From Candidatus Eiseniibacteriota bacterium (GTDB lineage: Bacteria; Orphanbacterota; Orphanbacteria; Orphanbacterales; Orphanbacteraceae), in NCBI GenBank assembly GCA_043809585.1, contig JBDROZ010000091.1, positions 1 through 37,049 of the forward strand: a stretch of DNA of 37,049 nt. The letters are read 5' to 3'. Shown here piece by piece: positions 9,052-18,514 of the stretch. How positions within the stretch are numbered: position 1 is the first letter of the stretch; each line of letters begins with the position of its first letter. A model generated the notes under the pieces. That model did not search any database. It had not been told where the DNA came from and saw only the letters and a program-made list of their open reading frames with translations. Made by a program: the position numbers and the translations under genes.

Positions 9052-11333
9052 TTCGAGGGCGCCTCCTCGGACAAATGTGCGTTCTCGGCCAGGCGCAGTT
9101 CCAGCAGAGCCTGAAGAAATGCGAGCATGGACTCCGCGCCCTGATTCTCGTTCGGGCGATCGGGATGCAGGCCGTCCCGGCAACCCCCCGTAGTCGGGTC
9201 GTAGATGGGCAGGTTCAGGTCGTTCCGCCCAAGGAACCAATCAAAGGCGCGCCCGGCTTCCTTGCGCCAACTCGGGTCGCCTGTGATCCGGAAGGCTTCG
9301 AGGCAGGCGGAGACCATCGCCTGCGCCTCCACCGGCTGTTGATCGAACCGCGCCCTTTCGCCGTCGCGCTCATAGAAACCCTCTGAGCCGATCGGGACAA
9401 AATGCCCCTCGTCCGCGCTCTGCAAGTTCGCCAGCCAACCGAGCGACTCGAGCCCGGCCTCCGTCATGGCGGCATTCGGCGTCCATCGGCCGCTCAGGAG
9501 CAGGGCATGGGGCAACGTGGCGTTGCAGTAAGTCAGGGCGTTCTCGTACCATCGCCATTCGTCCGAACGATGCTTCCGGTACAACTCGAGCAGCCGCCCC
9601 GCCAACTCCTCCCGGACCTGGCTCGCCATGCGGTCGCCGGCGAAACGCCGCAGGTACTCGTGGATGCCGAGGAGTGCGAATGCCCAAGCGCGCGGGCTGG
9701 TCGTCTCCAGAATGGCCGGCAAAGCCTTTTCGAACAGGCGGCCGACCATGCCGCTGCGGATGGCGGGCGTGTTCGAGCGGCCCACCACGGTTCCCAGCGC
9801 CCACAGTGTGCGACCGTGACAATCGTCGGAGCCGGTCTCTTCCATCCAACGGCGCTGGTAATCCAAGAAATTGCGGACCCGTCCGGTCTCGCCATGGAAG
9901 GCATACCATACGAAGGCGAGATACCGGGAAGTCAGATCGAACGCCTTCCCGCTTCCCAGTTCCTCCAAGAGAGTGCTCACCATCAAGGCCCGAGCATTGT
10001 CGTCGGTGGTGTATCCCTCGCGGTAATTCGGCACGGTGAAGACGGCGTGCTGCAAGATGCCGGTTTCGTCCGTCATGTGACGCAAGTGATCGAGCTTCAG
10101 GGGCGGAAGTTCACGGGGGCGCTTGTCGAGCGGCTTGACCGCGAAGCCCGGGAGAGTGAAATGCCTGCGCTCGGCGCGGGCGCGCTCGAAGCATTCCATA
10201 TAACGCCGAGCGACACGGGGCCATATCATCTCCCGTCCGAACAGGTAGGCCCGCTTCCGCATGGCATGTCGTTTCGAATCGTCGCCCAACAGGTCAATCA
10301 CCTGCTCGCTCAACGCCGCGGCATCGCCGAACGGCACCAACGCCCCCCGCTCGTCCGCCAGCATCTCTTCCGCGTACCAGTAGGGCGTGGAAATCACGGC
10401 CTTTCCGGCCCCCAGGGTGTAGGCCAGCGTGCCGGACGTGATCTGGGCTTCGTTGAGATAGGGCGTGATGTAGAGGTCCGCTGCGCCGATAAACTGCAGG
10501 AGTTCCTCCTGGCTCACGAAGCGGTTATAGAAGATCACGTGACTCTCAACGCCCTTCTTCTGGGCCAACCATTCCAGGGACAGGCGATACGTTTCCCCGT
10601 CCTGTTGAATCACGTGCGGATGGGTCGCTCCGAGAATGATGTACACCACGTTCGGATATCGAGCCGCGATCGCGGGCAGGGCTTCGATGACGGTTTCGAT
10701 CCCTTTGTTCGGGGAAAGCAATCCGAAGCTGAGCAAGACGATCTTGCCTTCGACACCGAACAGGTCTTTGTGAAAACTCGGATCGACGAAGGGCACGTCG
10801 GGGATGCCGTGTGGGATCATGTCGATCTTTTCGGGATCTACTCGGTATATCTCCCGAAGAAACTCAGCCCCCCGCTCGCTCATGACCACTATCCGATTGG
10901 AGAGGGTCGCGATCTCCTCCAGCACCCGCCGCTGATCGGTGTTGGGGGCGCGCAAGACGGTATGCAGGGTCGTGACGACGGGCATGCGCAATTCGCGCAG
11001 TAGAACCAGGATGTGGCTGCCGGTCGGTCCGCCGAAGATGCCGTACTCGTGCTGCAGGCTCACGATGTCGACGTTGTTGATGTTGAGGAAATCGGCGGCG
11101 CGACGATAGGAGTCGATGTCCTTCTCCGTCAGCTCGAAGCGGACGCGGCTCGGATAAGCGTATCCGGCTTCATTGTCATTGACGGGCAGGGCGATGCACG
11201 TTGTGTGGGCGTTTTCGGTGGCGATGGCCTCGCATAGGCTCGTCGTGAACGTGGCGATGCCGCACTGGCGCGGCAGGTAGTTGCCGATGAACGCGATGCG
11301 GTTGATCGTCGAATCCGGCGCGCCCTGCTCCAT
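9048..11333 (-). CDS. Glycosyltransferase family 4 with C-terminal helical glycosidase-like domain
   Basis: YLPRQCGIATFT, QHEYGIFG, GLLSPNKGIE, SGTLAY, ISTPY (GT4). C-terminal GYTTDDNARAL, FDQQP, GCRDGL, NQGAES. Start placed at ATG 11333 with RBS GAGAGGAG. Confidence 0.9.
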   Translation of the reverse strand: MEQGAPDSTINRIAFIGNYLPRQCGIATFTTSLCEAIATENAHTTCIALPVNDNEAGYAYPSRVRFELTEKDIDSYRRAADFLNINNVDIVSLQHEYGIFGGPTGSHILVLLRELRMPVVTTLHTVLRAPNTDQRRVLEEIATLSNRIVVMSERGAEFLREIYRVDPEKIDMIPHGIPDVPFVDPSFHKDLFGVEGKIVLLSFGLLSPNKGIETVIEALPAIAARYPNVVYIILGATHPHVIQQDGETYRLSLEWLAQKKGVESHVIFYNRFVSQEELLQFIGAADLYITPYLNEAQITSGTLAYTLGAGKAVISTPYWYAEEMLADERGALVPFGDAAALSEQVIDLLGDDSKRHAMRKRAYLFGREMIWPRVARRYMECFERARAERRHFTLPGFAVKPLDKRPRELPPLKLDHLRHMTDETGILQHAVFTVPNYREGYTTDDNARALMVSTLLEELGSGKAFDLTSRYLAFVWYAFHGETGRVRNFLDYQRRWMEETGSDDCHGRTLWALGTVVGRSNTPAIRSGMVGRLFEKALPAILETTSPRAWAFALLGIHEYLRRFAGDRMASQVREELAGRLLELYRKHRSDEWRWYENALTYCNATLPHALLLSGRWTPNAAMTEAGLESLGWLANLQSADEGHFVPIGSEGFYERDGERARFDQQPVEAQAMVSACLEAFRITGDPSWRKEAGRAFDWFLGRNDLNLPIYDPTTGGCRDGLHPDRPNENQGAESMLAFLQALLELRLAENAHLSEEAPSK

Positions 11334-11737
11334 GCACACTTCTCCTCTCGCCGCCCCCCCCCCCCGAGGAGTTCGTCCGCCCCGACCCGGGCGACGATTC
11401 GAGGGTGGAGTCTCAGCCTCATGCCATGATACCACTTGTCCCTCGTAGAAAGGCGTCCTCCTTGCGGCGATCGAGGGATGTCGCCGCCGCTCCCCATGAT
11501 CGCGGGCGTGTTGGCCTGCTTGACGTTACCGGCTTCCACGTTCCCGGGAGACCGCCGGCAGGGGAGCCTGCTCGTGGACTTCATGCCCCCCCCGGCCAGG
11601 CCCTCCCTCTTGAACCGGACGCGAATCCCGGCGTTCCCTGGCCCCGGAGAGTCCGAAGCGGACGATTTCTTCGGTAGGGGCGCCGCGGCGAGACGAGGCC
11701 GACGGAGACGATATTGCTCGGGCTCCGATCTTTTCTC

Positions 11738-11765
11738 TTGACTTTCAACGGATTCGGACGATACT
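11738..11765 (+). promoter_or_regulatory. Putative sigma70 promoter for the RRM gene
   Basis: TTGACT-16 nt-GATACT in an AT-richer intergenic stretch. Confidence 0.45.
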
Positions 11766-11980
11766 TAGAACATAGCAGAGGATTTCTCCTGCCGAATCGA
11801 CTCGCCGCTAACGCCCCCGTTGATTCGAAACTTGGTACCGGAGTAACGATTCGAAGCTATGCCGGATCCCGGGTTATTGCGCGGAGAGCGCAGGTCCCGG
11901 GCCGGACCGAGAAGCCGCCGGCATGTCGCCGGATCGGCTCATCTTTCAGATTGCGGGGCGGAACGGAATTGGAGTCGAGA

Positions 11981-12247
11981 ATGAAGATGTACGTTGGAAA
12001 CCTCCCTTTCAGTGCCACAGAGACCGAGTTGCGCGACATGTTCGGGCGGCACGGAAGCGTCGAGTCGGTCAGCCTGATCACCGACCGTGACACGGGCCGG
12101 CCCCGCGGGTTCGGCTTCGTGGAGATGAATGACGGCGCTGAGGCCGCGATGAGCGCCCTCAACGGCACCGAGATGGGTGGTCGCAACCTGACGGTCAGCG
12201 AAGCCAAGAAGCGCGAGGACAACGGCGGCGGACGCAGCCGCTGGTAG
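11981..12247 (+). CDS. RRM (RNP-1) RNA-binding protein
   Basis: RNP2 MYVGNL, RNP1 RGFGFVEM, Gly-rich tail. RBS GGAG before the ATG at 11981. Confidence 0.95.
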   Translation: MKMYVGNLPFSATETELRDMFGRHGSVESVSLITDRDTGRPRGFGFVEMNDGAEAAMSALNGTEMGGRNLTVSEAKKREDNGGGRSRW

Positions 12248-12284
12248 ATCATCGACTCGCCTGAAGGCTTGATCGATAATCGCA

Positions 12285-12317
12285 AAATGCCCGGGGGCCG
12301 GTGGTTCCCGGGCATTT
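12285..12317 (+). terminator. Intrinsic terminator-like hairpin
   Basis: Perfect 11-bp inverted repeat AAATGCCCGGG...CCCGGGCATTT about 40 nt after the RRM stop. Confidence 0.65.
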
Positions 12318-12819
12318 CTCCGTTATCCCTCCCGAGAATCCCGTCCGAGTCGGCCCGCTTGATCTTACGGCGATTGTAAAGCACTCCTAGCCTTGATCTT
12401 GCAGAATCTGCGGTTCTGAATTCGGTGGGCGGGAGCCAGGGGATCAGGGCTGGCTTGTTCAAACAGTCCTCGCGCGCCGGCCCAGGCATCGAGGCGTCCC
12501 GCCACAGCGAGAGGGGCCTCCGAAACGAAAGTGTAAAGGTGGCCCTCCAGGTAGCCGCTTTTGGCAAACGAGTTCTGTTAATCGACGAGATCTTCGCGTC
12601 TCGTGGGGTAAAGCATCGACTGCTCTGGGATCCGCTTGGAGTGATCACGCTCGCCGCAAAGATCGATGAAATCTTGAATGGGCCCCTACCGAGTGCAGAG
12701 GAATTGGAGGAATTGGAGGTGCTAATCCCGGACAAGAGCTCCACACCGGGAGTGCACTCATTCCATCATTAGAATCGGGCATCCAAGGGGCTCCTTAGAT
12801 CGGAGTCCGGGCCGGCGGT

Positions 12820-15800
12820 CTATCCACCTCCTTCTCCTTCGCCTCCTCTCAAAAACACCAACGGCAGCCTCAGAAGCATTGCCGCGAGTAACCTCGTTCG
12901 AATTCCGAGTAACCCGAGGAGAAGACGGCGACCGCTGTGAATCACACAGGCGTCGGCGAGGCGTTCCTTCGTGATCGACCGGCAATTCATCTTTAGGCAC
13001 GGGATCTCGTCGAAGTCCTCGTAGTGTCTCTTGAAGACGGCGTTCATGATCCCGTAGGCACCGAATGGCTCGAAGGTCTTCAGAAACGCGTCAACGCTCA
13101 TGTCTCCGAAGCGACCGGTGATGACGATCCAGAGGAGCTGAAAGCCCCTCGCACCGGCGAGGGAGTCGTCGGGAGGAATGCGGGCCAGGTAGTGCGAGAC
13201 GATGACCACGTCGTCCAGCTTGTCTCGAAAACCGGTGGGCAGACACTTCAACTCGTTGTTCGGCGAGTTGTTGGCTGTCTTACCCTGGTCGCGAATGTTG
13301 GCGGCGGCGGGGCTGTTCTCTATGACGTCCCGGATAGTAAGGACGCTGCCGGCGATCGTTCCGTTTCGAAGGAATTCGAGGGTTCGGACGACACCGTATG
13401 GCACCTGGACCCAGTTGACGGCGTTGTATCCTTCCAAATACTCGTTCGATCCTGACAACTTGTTTTCGATGAAACGGGTCTTCGACCCCCAGAAATCGGA
13501 AGACACGACGACCGACCAGTTGGCGGATCCCTCCACGAAGAGCTTTCCCTGAAAGGGAATGTTCTGGGGATGAAAGAGGGGGGACAGGCCCCGCAAGAAC
13601 CGGAGGGGACGGAACGAGTGAACTCCCCATGGGCCGTCCATGTCCCAATCGCGATAGTGTCGGAGCCGGGGGCCGAGGTTTCCCTCCCCCTGGAAGTTAT
13701 GGAAGTACTCGTGGATGACGATATCCTGCGTTTTCGCCTCGGAGAATCCGGGCACGATGAGGATCATCTTCTTTCCGTGCCTGCAAAGCCCCGCCCAGCC
13801 CCCTCCCGTGTTCCTAACGTCGTCCTCGGTCGCCAGCCGGAATCGGTAGGGGCGCCGAACGAGGGAACGCTGCTTGTCCGCCATCACCCGCAGACACTTC
13901 TCCTTCATCTGTCGCAGTTTCCCGTTGGATGAAACGGACCTCTTCTCGCCGAGCAATGCGGCCTGGACGTGGGCTTCCTGATCATCACCGAGGACGTCGC
14001 TCAGAAAACCGAGAGTAGCCCATTTGTTCAGCAGGGGGTCGCCCGGACCGTTACCGTGGCCGGGGTCGGAACAGCTCCAATCGTGAAGGCATCCACAACA
14101 ACCCGAGTCTTCATCACAGGGGCAGTCGGCGAGTATGCGCCAAGCCCGGCGGAAGGCGGATAGAATCGCTCCCTCCGTGTCGAGGTCGGCGATCGCCTGG
14201 GCGCTTCGAAGAAGGTCGTCGTAGATGTAAATGGAGCTTTCGGTCGCGACGAACTGGAGGCGCGAGTGAAGACTCCCCTGTTCGACGCTCAGCGCGCTTC
14301 GAAGGAGATGGGCCACGCCATGGACCACCGAAGCGCCATGGCCCGAATCCCCCCGGGCCAGGGAAATTCGGAGGGCCGGGGCTTCGAATTCCCGCCGGGG
14401 AGGGGATGGCCCCGCCCACATCTCCGACTCCCCCTCCGTGTCGAGGTCGAGACCTTGGTAGGTGCGCCGGCCGATCACCTCCTCGGTGACCTTGACCTTC
14501 CACCTTCCGAACGAATACCCATCGGTCTTGACCGCTCTGCCGATCTCTTCGACTTCCTCGATGGCGATGCGCGATATGCGTTTCGACATTTGCGCACGGG
14601 GCTCCGCCTGCACGAGAATATCGTCACCCGCATTTGACCATCGGTTTACCCGGTGCCGGCGGCCGTGCATCACGAAGACCGCACCCTCGAAGTAGAGCGC
14701 CGGGGCGTTCACCGCATCGACCCACGCGAGGATCCTGTCCGCCGCGCCACCGATGTCCCGGATCGCCATGACTCGATCGGTAATGACCTCGAGTGTGGCC
14801 AGAGCCTCCTGCACCCGGGAATCGGGTGCCCCATCCGAATCTTCGGATGCCGCCCGCTCTCTTTCGGCTTTCTCGACGGCGGCGAGGAAATCGGACGAGA
14901 GTAAGTTCCTCGCCAGATCCTCATCGACCGGTCCCTCTAGTTCTCCGAGGAAGGTCTCGGCATGATATCGGAGCGCCTCTTCCGATCGAACCGGCAGGTT
15001 GTAGAGCGTTCTCGGCAGGGGGCGTACCTCTCTGTGCATATCGTCCGCAACATCGATCAACTCGTCCGGCCGGTTCATGTAGTACTGGTAGAGCGGGGTG
15101 CGTGGGGCGAGGAGGAGAATGTCCAGGTGTCCCGCAGCAGCCAAATGGCGCGTCTCGGTTTCCAGAAAAGCTCCTGCGTTCTGATATCCCGCGAGGAGAA
15201 GCGTCCGGAGGTCCCCGATATCCTTCCCCTTCTTCAACAGCGCGGAGCGGAGCGATGGAAGATCGGACCCGAGGAAGAGAATCTCGTCGAGATCGGGGAC
15301 GGGAGGCGATTCACCCTTTTCGATCCTCAGTCGAACGTCGTCGAGAATCTGGTTGATCTCGGCGTCTGTTGCGCGGATTTCGCCGCTGATGATCCCCGTC
15401 GTCCGCCCCGTCGCAATCGAGGTGGAGGCCAGATTGACGAGTTCCTGCCAGTACCGGCGCCGGACGACGCGGAGCGTCATCGAGGGACCCGAGTCGCCGG
15501 AGACAGACTCGATGTCGACGTTCATGGCGCTCGGAGCCCAGACACTGAGGCTCCTCGTCGAGGTCCCGGCCCGGTCCACCAAGTCCTCGACCCGGCCGGG
15601 AATTCCGAGCTGGCCCGCGAACTCGGCGGGGTTCGTCATGCCCGGTAGCACCGTGATCCAGGGGGGTGAGAAACCCTTCGAGGCCAGGAAATAACGATAA
15701 CGGCCGATGACGTACCGGGCGTGACTGGCCATCGGACCCTCGAGGGATTCGAGATCTTCGGCGATCACGGCTTCCTGAAAGACGGCGAGTTCGGCGACGT

Positions 15801-16377
15801 CCTTTCCGTACTCCCGGAGAAGCCGGTGGAGGGTCGGAAGATCCGTGAATATGGCGGTGCCCGGCAAGAGAGAGCTTCCGAGCCGCTCCTCGAGATCACG
15901 TGTTCGAAGCTGGGTGAGGCCGACAAGCCAGGAAAGATGGGCGCGGTCGAGAGCGCCCTTCCAAAGCTCCTTCTGCCTACCGGCGAGGTCGTCCGTCGGG
16001 CAGAGAACCAGGACCGACCGACCCCTCTCGAAGAGACGGGGAAGGAGCCAGAGAGCGATCGCCGTCGTCCGGCCGCTCCCGAAGGGGAGGGCGACGGTCG
16101 TCGAGCGGTCCTCGCTGTCCGTGCCCGGGCGCGCCAGGCGGTCAAGAATGGCCTGCTGGTGTTTGTACACCTTCTCGATGCGGAGGGCCGTGGCGACCAG
16201 CGATTCGGCCCCTCCCCCGGGGGGGTGGTACTCGACCGACTCTCCCGGGGCGCCGCGAAGGCGCGGAACTTCGCGGCAGAGCGATCCCTGATACTCTTTC
16301 CAGAGAAGACCCTCGTTCAGCAGGCTGCGAGGATCCTGCCTGGATCGACTACGTCCCATGATCGATTTCGCGCTCAT
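12820..16377 (-). CDS. Degenerate MrfA/DUF1998-type SF2 helicase fused to an HExxH zinc metallopeptidase domain
   Basis: Q-motif VYKHQ, degenerate Walker A (PFGSGRTT) and Walker B (IAEDLE), PLYQYYMNRP, DUF1998 Cys cluster CPC..GCCGCL..C, then IHEYFH...FVEG. The start may be ATG 16359 instead. Confidence 0.78.
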   Translation of the reverse strand: MSAKSIMGRSRSRQDPRSLLNEGLLWKEYQGSLCREVPRLRGAPGESVEYHPPGGGAESLVATALRIEKVYKHQQAILDRLARPGTDSEDRSTTVALPFGSGRTTAIALWLLPRLFERGRSVLVLCPTDDLAGRQKELWKGALDRAHLSWLVGLTQLRTRDLEERLGSSLLPGTAIFTDLPTLHRLLREYGKDVAELAVFQEAVIAEDLESLEGPMASHARYVIGRYRYFLASKGFSPPWITVLPGMTNPAEFAGQLGIPGRVEDLVDRAGTSTRSLSVWAPSAMNVDIESVSGDSGPSMTLRVVRRRYWQELVNLASTSIATGRTTGIISGEIRATDAEINQILDDVRLRIEKGESPPVPDLDEILFLGSDLPSLRSALLKKGKDIGDLRTLLLAGYQNAGAFLETETRHLAAAGHLDILLLAPRTPLYQYYMNRPDELIDVADDMHREVRPLPRTLYNLPVRSEEALRYHAETFLGELEGPVDEDLARNLLSSDFLAAVEKAERERAASEDSDGAPDSRVQEALATLEVITDRVMAIRDIGGAADRILAWVDAVNAPALYFEGAVFVMHGRRHRVNRWSNAGDDILVQAEPRAQMSKRISRIAIEEVEEIGRAVKTDGYSFGRWKVKVTEEVIGRRTYQGLDLDTEGESEMWAGPSPPRREFEAPALRISLARGDSGHGASVVHGVAHLLRSALSVEQGSLHSRLQFVATESSIYIYDDLLRSAQAIADLDTEGAILSAFRRAWRILADCPCDEDSGCCGCLHDWSCSDPGHGNGPGDPLLNKWATLGFLSDVLGDDQEAHVQAALLGEKRSVSSNGKLRQMKEKCLRVMADKQRSLVRRPYRFRLATEDDVRNTGGGWAGLCRHGKKMILIVPGFSEAKTQDIVIHEYFHNFQGEGNLGPRLRHYRDWDMDGPWGVHSFRPLRFLRGLSPLFHPQNIPFQGKLFVEGSANWSVVVSSDFWGSKTRFIENKLSGSNEYLEGYNAVNWVQVPYGVVRTLEFLRNGTIAGSVLTIRDVIENSPAAANIRDQGKTANNSPNNELKCLPTGFRDKLDDVVIVSHYLARIPPDDSLAGARGFQLLWIVITGRFGDMSVDAFLKTFEPFGAYGIMNAVFKRHYEDFDEIPCLKMNCRSITKERLADACVIHSGRRLLLGLLGIRTRLLAAMLLRLPLVFLRGGEGEGGG

Positions 16378-18505
16378 AGAAGTTCAATACTCCGAACCGT
16401 CCTCTCCCGCGGACCGGGAGGAGGGCGATTTCGCCTCTGTCCGACAAGCGCTTCGAAAGCTCCTCCGCCCACCCGGCGTAGCCGTCGGGGAAGAAGAGAA
16501 TCCCTCGTGATTGCCCCGCCTTGTGGTAGTACGGAACGGGGCGATTGGACCTCAGTTCCCTCTCGATGCGATCAAAGACCGACTCGACCATTCCCGCGGT
16601 TTGGAGGGCGCCCGCATCTCCCAAGTACCTCTTCTCGACGAAGTGCTCGCTGACCCGATCCCGAACCCACACGAGAAAGCCGTCGGGGTCTTCTACGAAA
16701 TCGGGCAGGTTCTCTTTCGCGAGCCTCGCCGATACGGAAGTCGCGATCTCTTCGACCCGGTGATCCTCGGGCTCGAGCTCGAGGAGCCGGATCGCCTTTC
16801 GAACGACCTCGTCCGAGTAGGCCTTCGCCAGTTCTCTGATTCTCTCGTGATCCACGACCGAGATGGCTTCCGTCTTCTCCGCGAAGCTCCGGAGGTAGGT
16901 GAGAAACGCGCCGAGCCGCCCACGGAATCGACCGACCCGCGCCGCGGCCCTTTCGACGGTCTCCTCGATGAACGAGAGCCGCTGCTGGTGCTCATTCGCG
17001 AGAAAGAACCGGCGAATTCCATCGGATCGATCCGAGAAGTCCCGCCGAAGTTTCAATTTGCTCCGGTGAAAGAAGAACGCGCAAACAACCGTATAGAGCA
17101 GGGCGCCCAGCAGAGTGAATACGATGAGGCGGGGGAAGAGGGAATAGTCACGAATCAGCGGGATCTTCTGTTGGTAATGGCGGAGAAGAAGCATCGCGAT
17201 GATCGCGAGAGCGGGCCAGACGTAAGCGAGCCACCGGGGCCTGAGAAATCGATCCGCACGGATCTCGCGAACCTGCTCCCATTCCGTCCAACCGACCCGA
17301 TGACGAAGCTTGCCTGTCAGGGTCGCCCTCGCCTTCGCGATCCAATCGCGGCAGTGCGTGGAAAGGCGTCCTGCTCCTCCCTCTACGACGAGTATCCCCA
17401 ACACGTTGTGAAGATCTTTCGGCCAGAGACGCCCCGAGTTCCCGGCCCCCCTCACCCGATCGATCGTGGAGCCCAAGAATCGGGCTGTCCAGCCCGGAAC
17501 GCCTCGGAGGCCCTCCCGGTGGCGCTCCGAGACATCGGCGCCCGCCTGCATCATTCTGGACGCGTAGTCTCGGAGGCCGTTCCGGAGCTTTCGTTCCACA
17601 TCTTCGTAGTCCGCCTTCTTGCTCGATTGGGTCGAGAAGAAGCGGAGGTCATCGGTCGACACGTTCGGGTGGTCGGGAAGGGTCGGCCCACGCTCCCGTA
17701 TCAATTCGCCCGAGATCTGCTCGAGGGCCTTTTCGGCGAGGGCGTTCGCCAACTCGACATCCGATCCTTCCTTCATGGTCTCGGCCGTGGCAAGGAGGGC
17801 GAGAGCCCGCGGATAGTTGGCGTCTACCGCCGCGAGCCGGAATGCCTCGAGAAGATCCCGGCCGGGATCGAAAACGGCCGCACCCGGTATGATCCTTCGT
17901 CCGAGACTCGCGCCTTGGAGGAGGGGTTCCAGGGTTTGTTCATGGGGAGAAGCCGAGTTCACGAGGAGGTCGATAATCGTGAGGGCCGTGTCGCGAACAC
18001 GGGCCGGCGCCACCGGATGGCCGCCGGCGGGGTTTCTCTCTTCCACGAGAATCGGGACGAAGGGAAAGTCGCGGCGAAGTTCACAGGCGGCTTTCTCGTC
18101 TTCCTCGGCGAGTTCCGGGGCGATCAGGATCACCGCCCCCTCGCACGACAGTCCGAGAGCCCGGGCGCCGGCGCAGGCCTCCCGCAGCGAAGCCCAGAGG
18201 GCGTCCCTGGATCCGTCGCTCCCATCGAATACGAAGAGAAAACGGATCACGAAGTGCTCGAGGCCGGCGCTTCCCCCGATGAACGTATCGCCCCCGGCCT
18301 CCGCGATCGTCTCCACTCGAGCGCGGAGAAGGTCCCAGCTTTCGCGTAAAGAGCTCTCGTCGTATCCTCGGGCCAAGACGACGAACGGGGGGTCGTGCGC
18401 CTCTGATGCCTCCCGATAGGCGTCGTCCACGAGCGAACGGCCGGTCTCCGGATCCGGGACCGCCCTCACCGGCACGATGATGGTCGGACGAACCTCCCAG
18501 GGCAT
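16349..18505 (-). CDS. Membrane protein (2 TM, helical/coiled-coil regions), possibly with an inactivated tubulin-like N-terminus
   Basis: 718-aa ORF tightly coupled to both neighbours. Two hydrophobic helices (WLAYVWPALAIIAMLLL; LIVFTLLGALLYTVVCAFFF). Confidence 0.75.
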   Translation of the reverse strand: MPWEVRPTIIVPVRAVPDPETGRSLVDDAYREASEAHDPPFVVLARGYDESSLRESWDLLRARVETIAEAGGDTFIGGSAGLEHFVIRFLFVFDGSDGSRDALWASLREACAGARALGLSCEGAVILIAPELAEEDEKAACELRRDFPFVPILVEERNPAGGHPVAPARVRDTALTIIDLLVNSASPHEQTLEPLLQGASLGRRIIPGAAVFDPGRDLLEAFRLAAVDANYPRALALLATAETMKEGSDVELANALAEKALEQISGELIRERGPTLPDHPNVSTDDLRFFSTQSSKKADYEDVERKLRNGLRDYASRMMQAGADVSERHREGLRGVPGWTARFLGSTIDRVRGAGNSGRLWPKDLHNVLGILVVEGGAGRLSTHCRDWIAKARATLTGKLRHRVGWTEWEQVREIRADRFLRPRWLAYVWPALAIIAMLLLRHYQQKIPLIRDYSLFPRLIVFTLLGALLYTVVCAFFFHRSKLKLRRDFSDRSDGIRRFFLANEHQQRLSFIEETVERAAARVGRFRGRLGAFLTYLRSFAEKTEAISVVDHERIRELAKAYSDEVVRKAIRLLELEPEDHRVEEIATSVSARLAKENLPDFVEDPDGFLVWVRDRVSEHFVEKRYLGDAGALQTAGMVESVFDRIERELRSNRPVPYYHKAGQSRGILFFPDGYAGWAEELSKRLSDRGEIALLPVRGRGRFGVLNFYEREIDHGT

Positions 18506-18514
18506 TCTCGTCCC

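Noticed and set aside
12425-12772. 115-aa plus-strand ORF between the RRM gene and the pseudohelicase
   Set aside because: No recognisable motif or clear RBS. It could be a small gene or remnant but cannot be supported.
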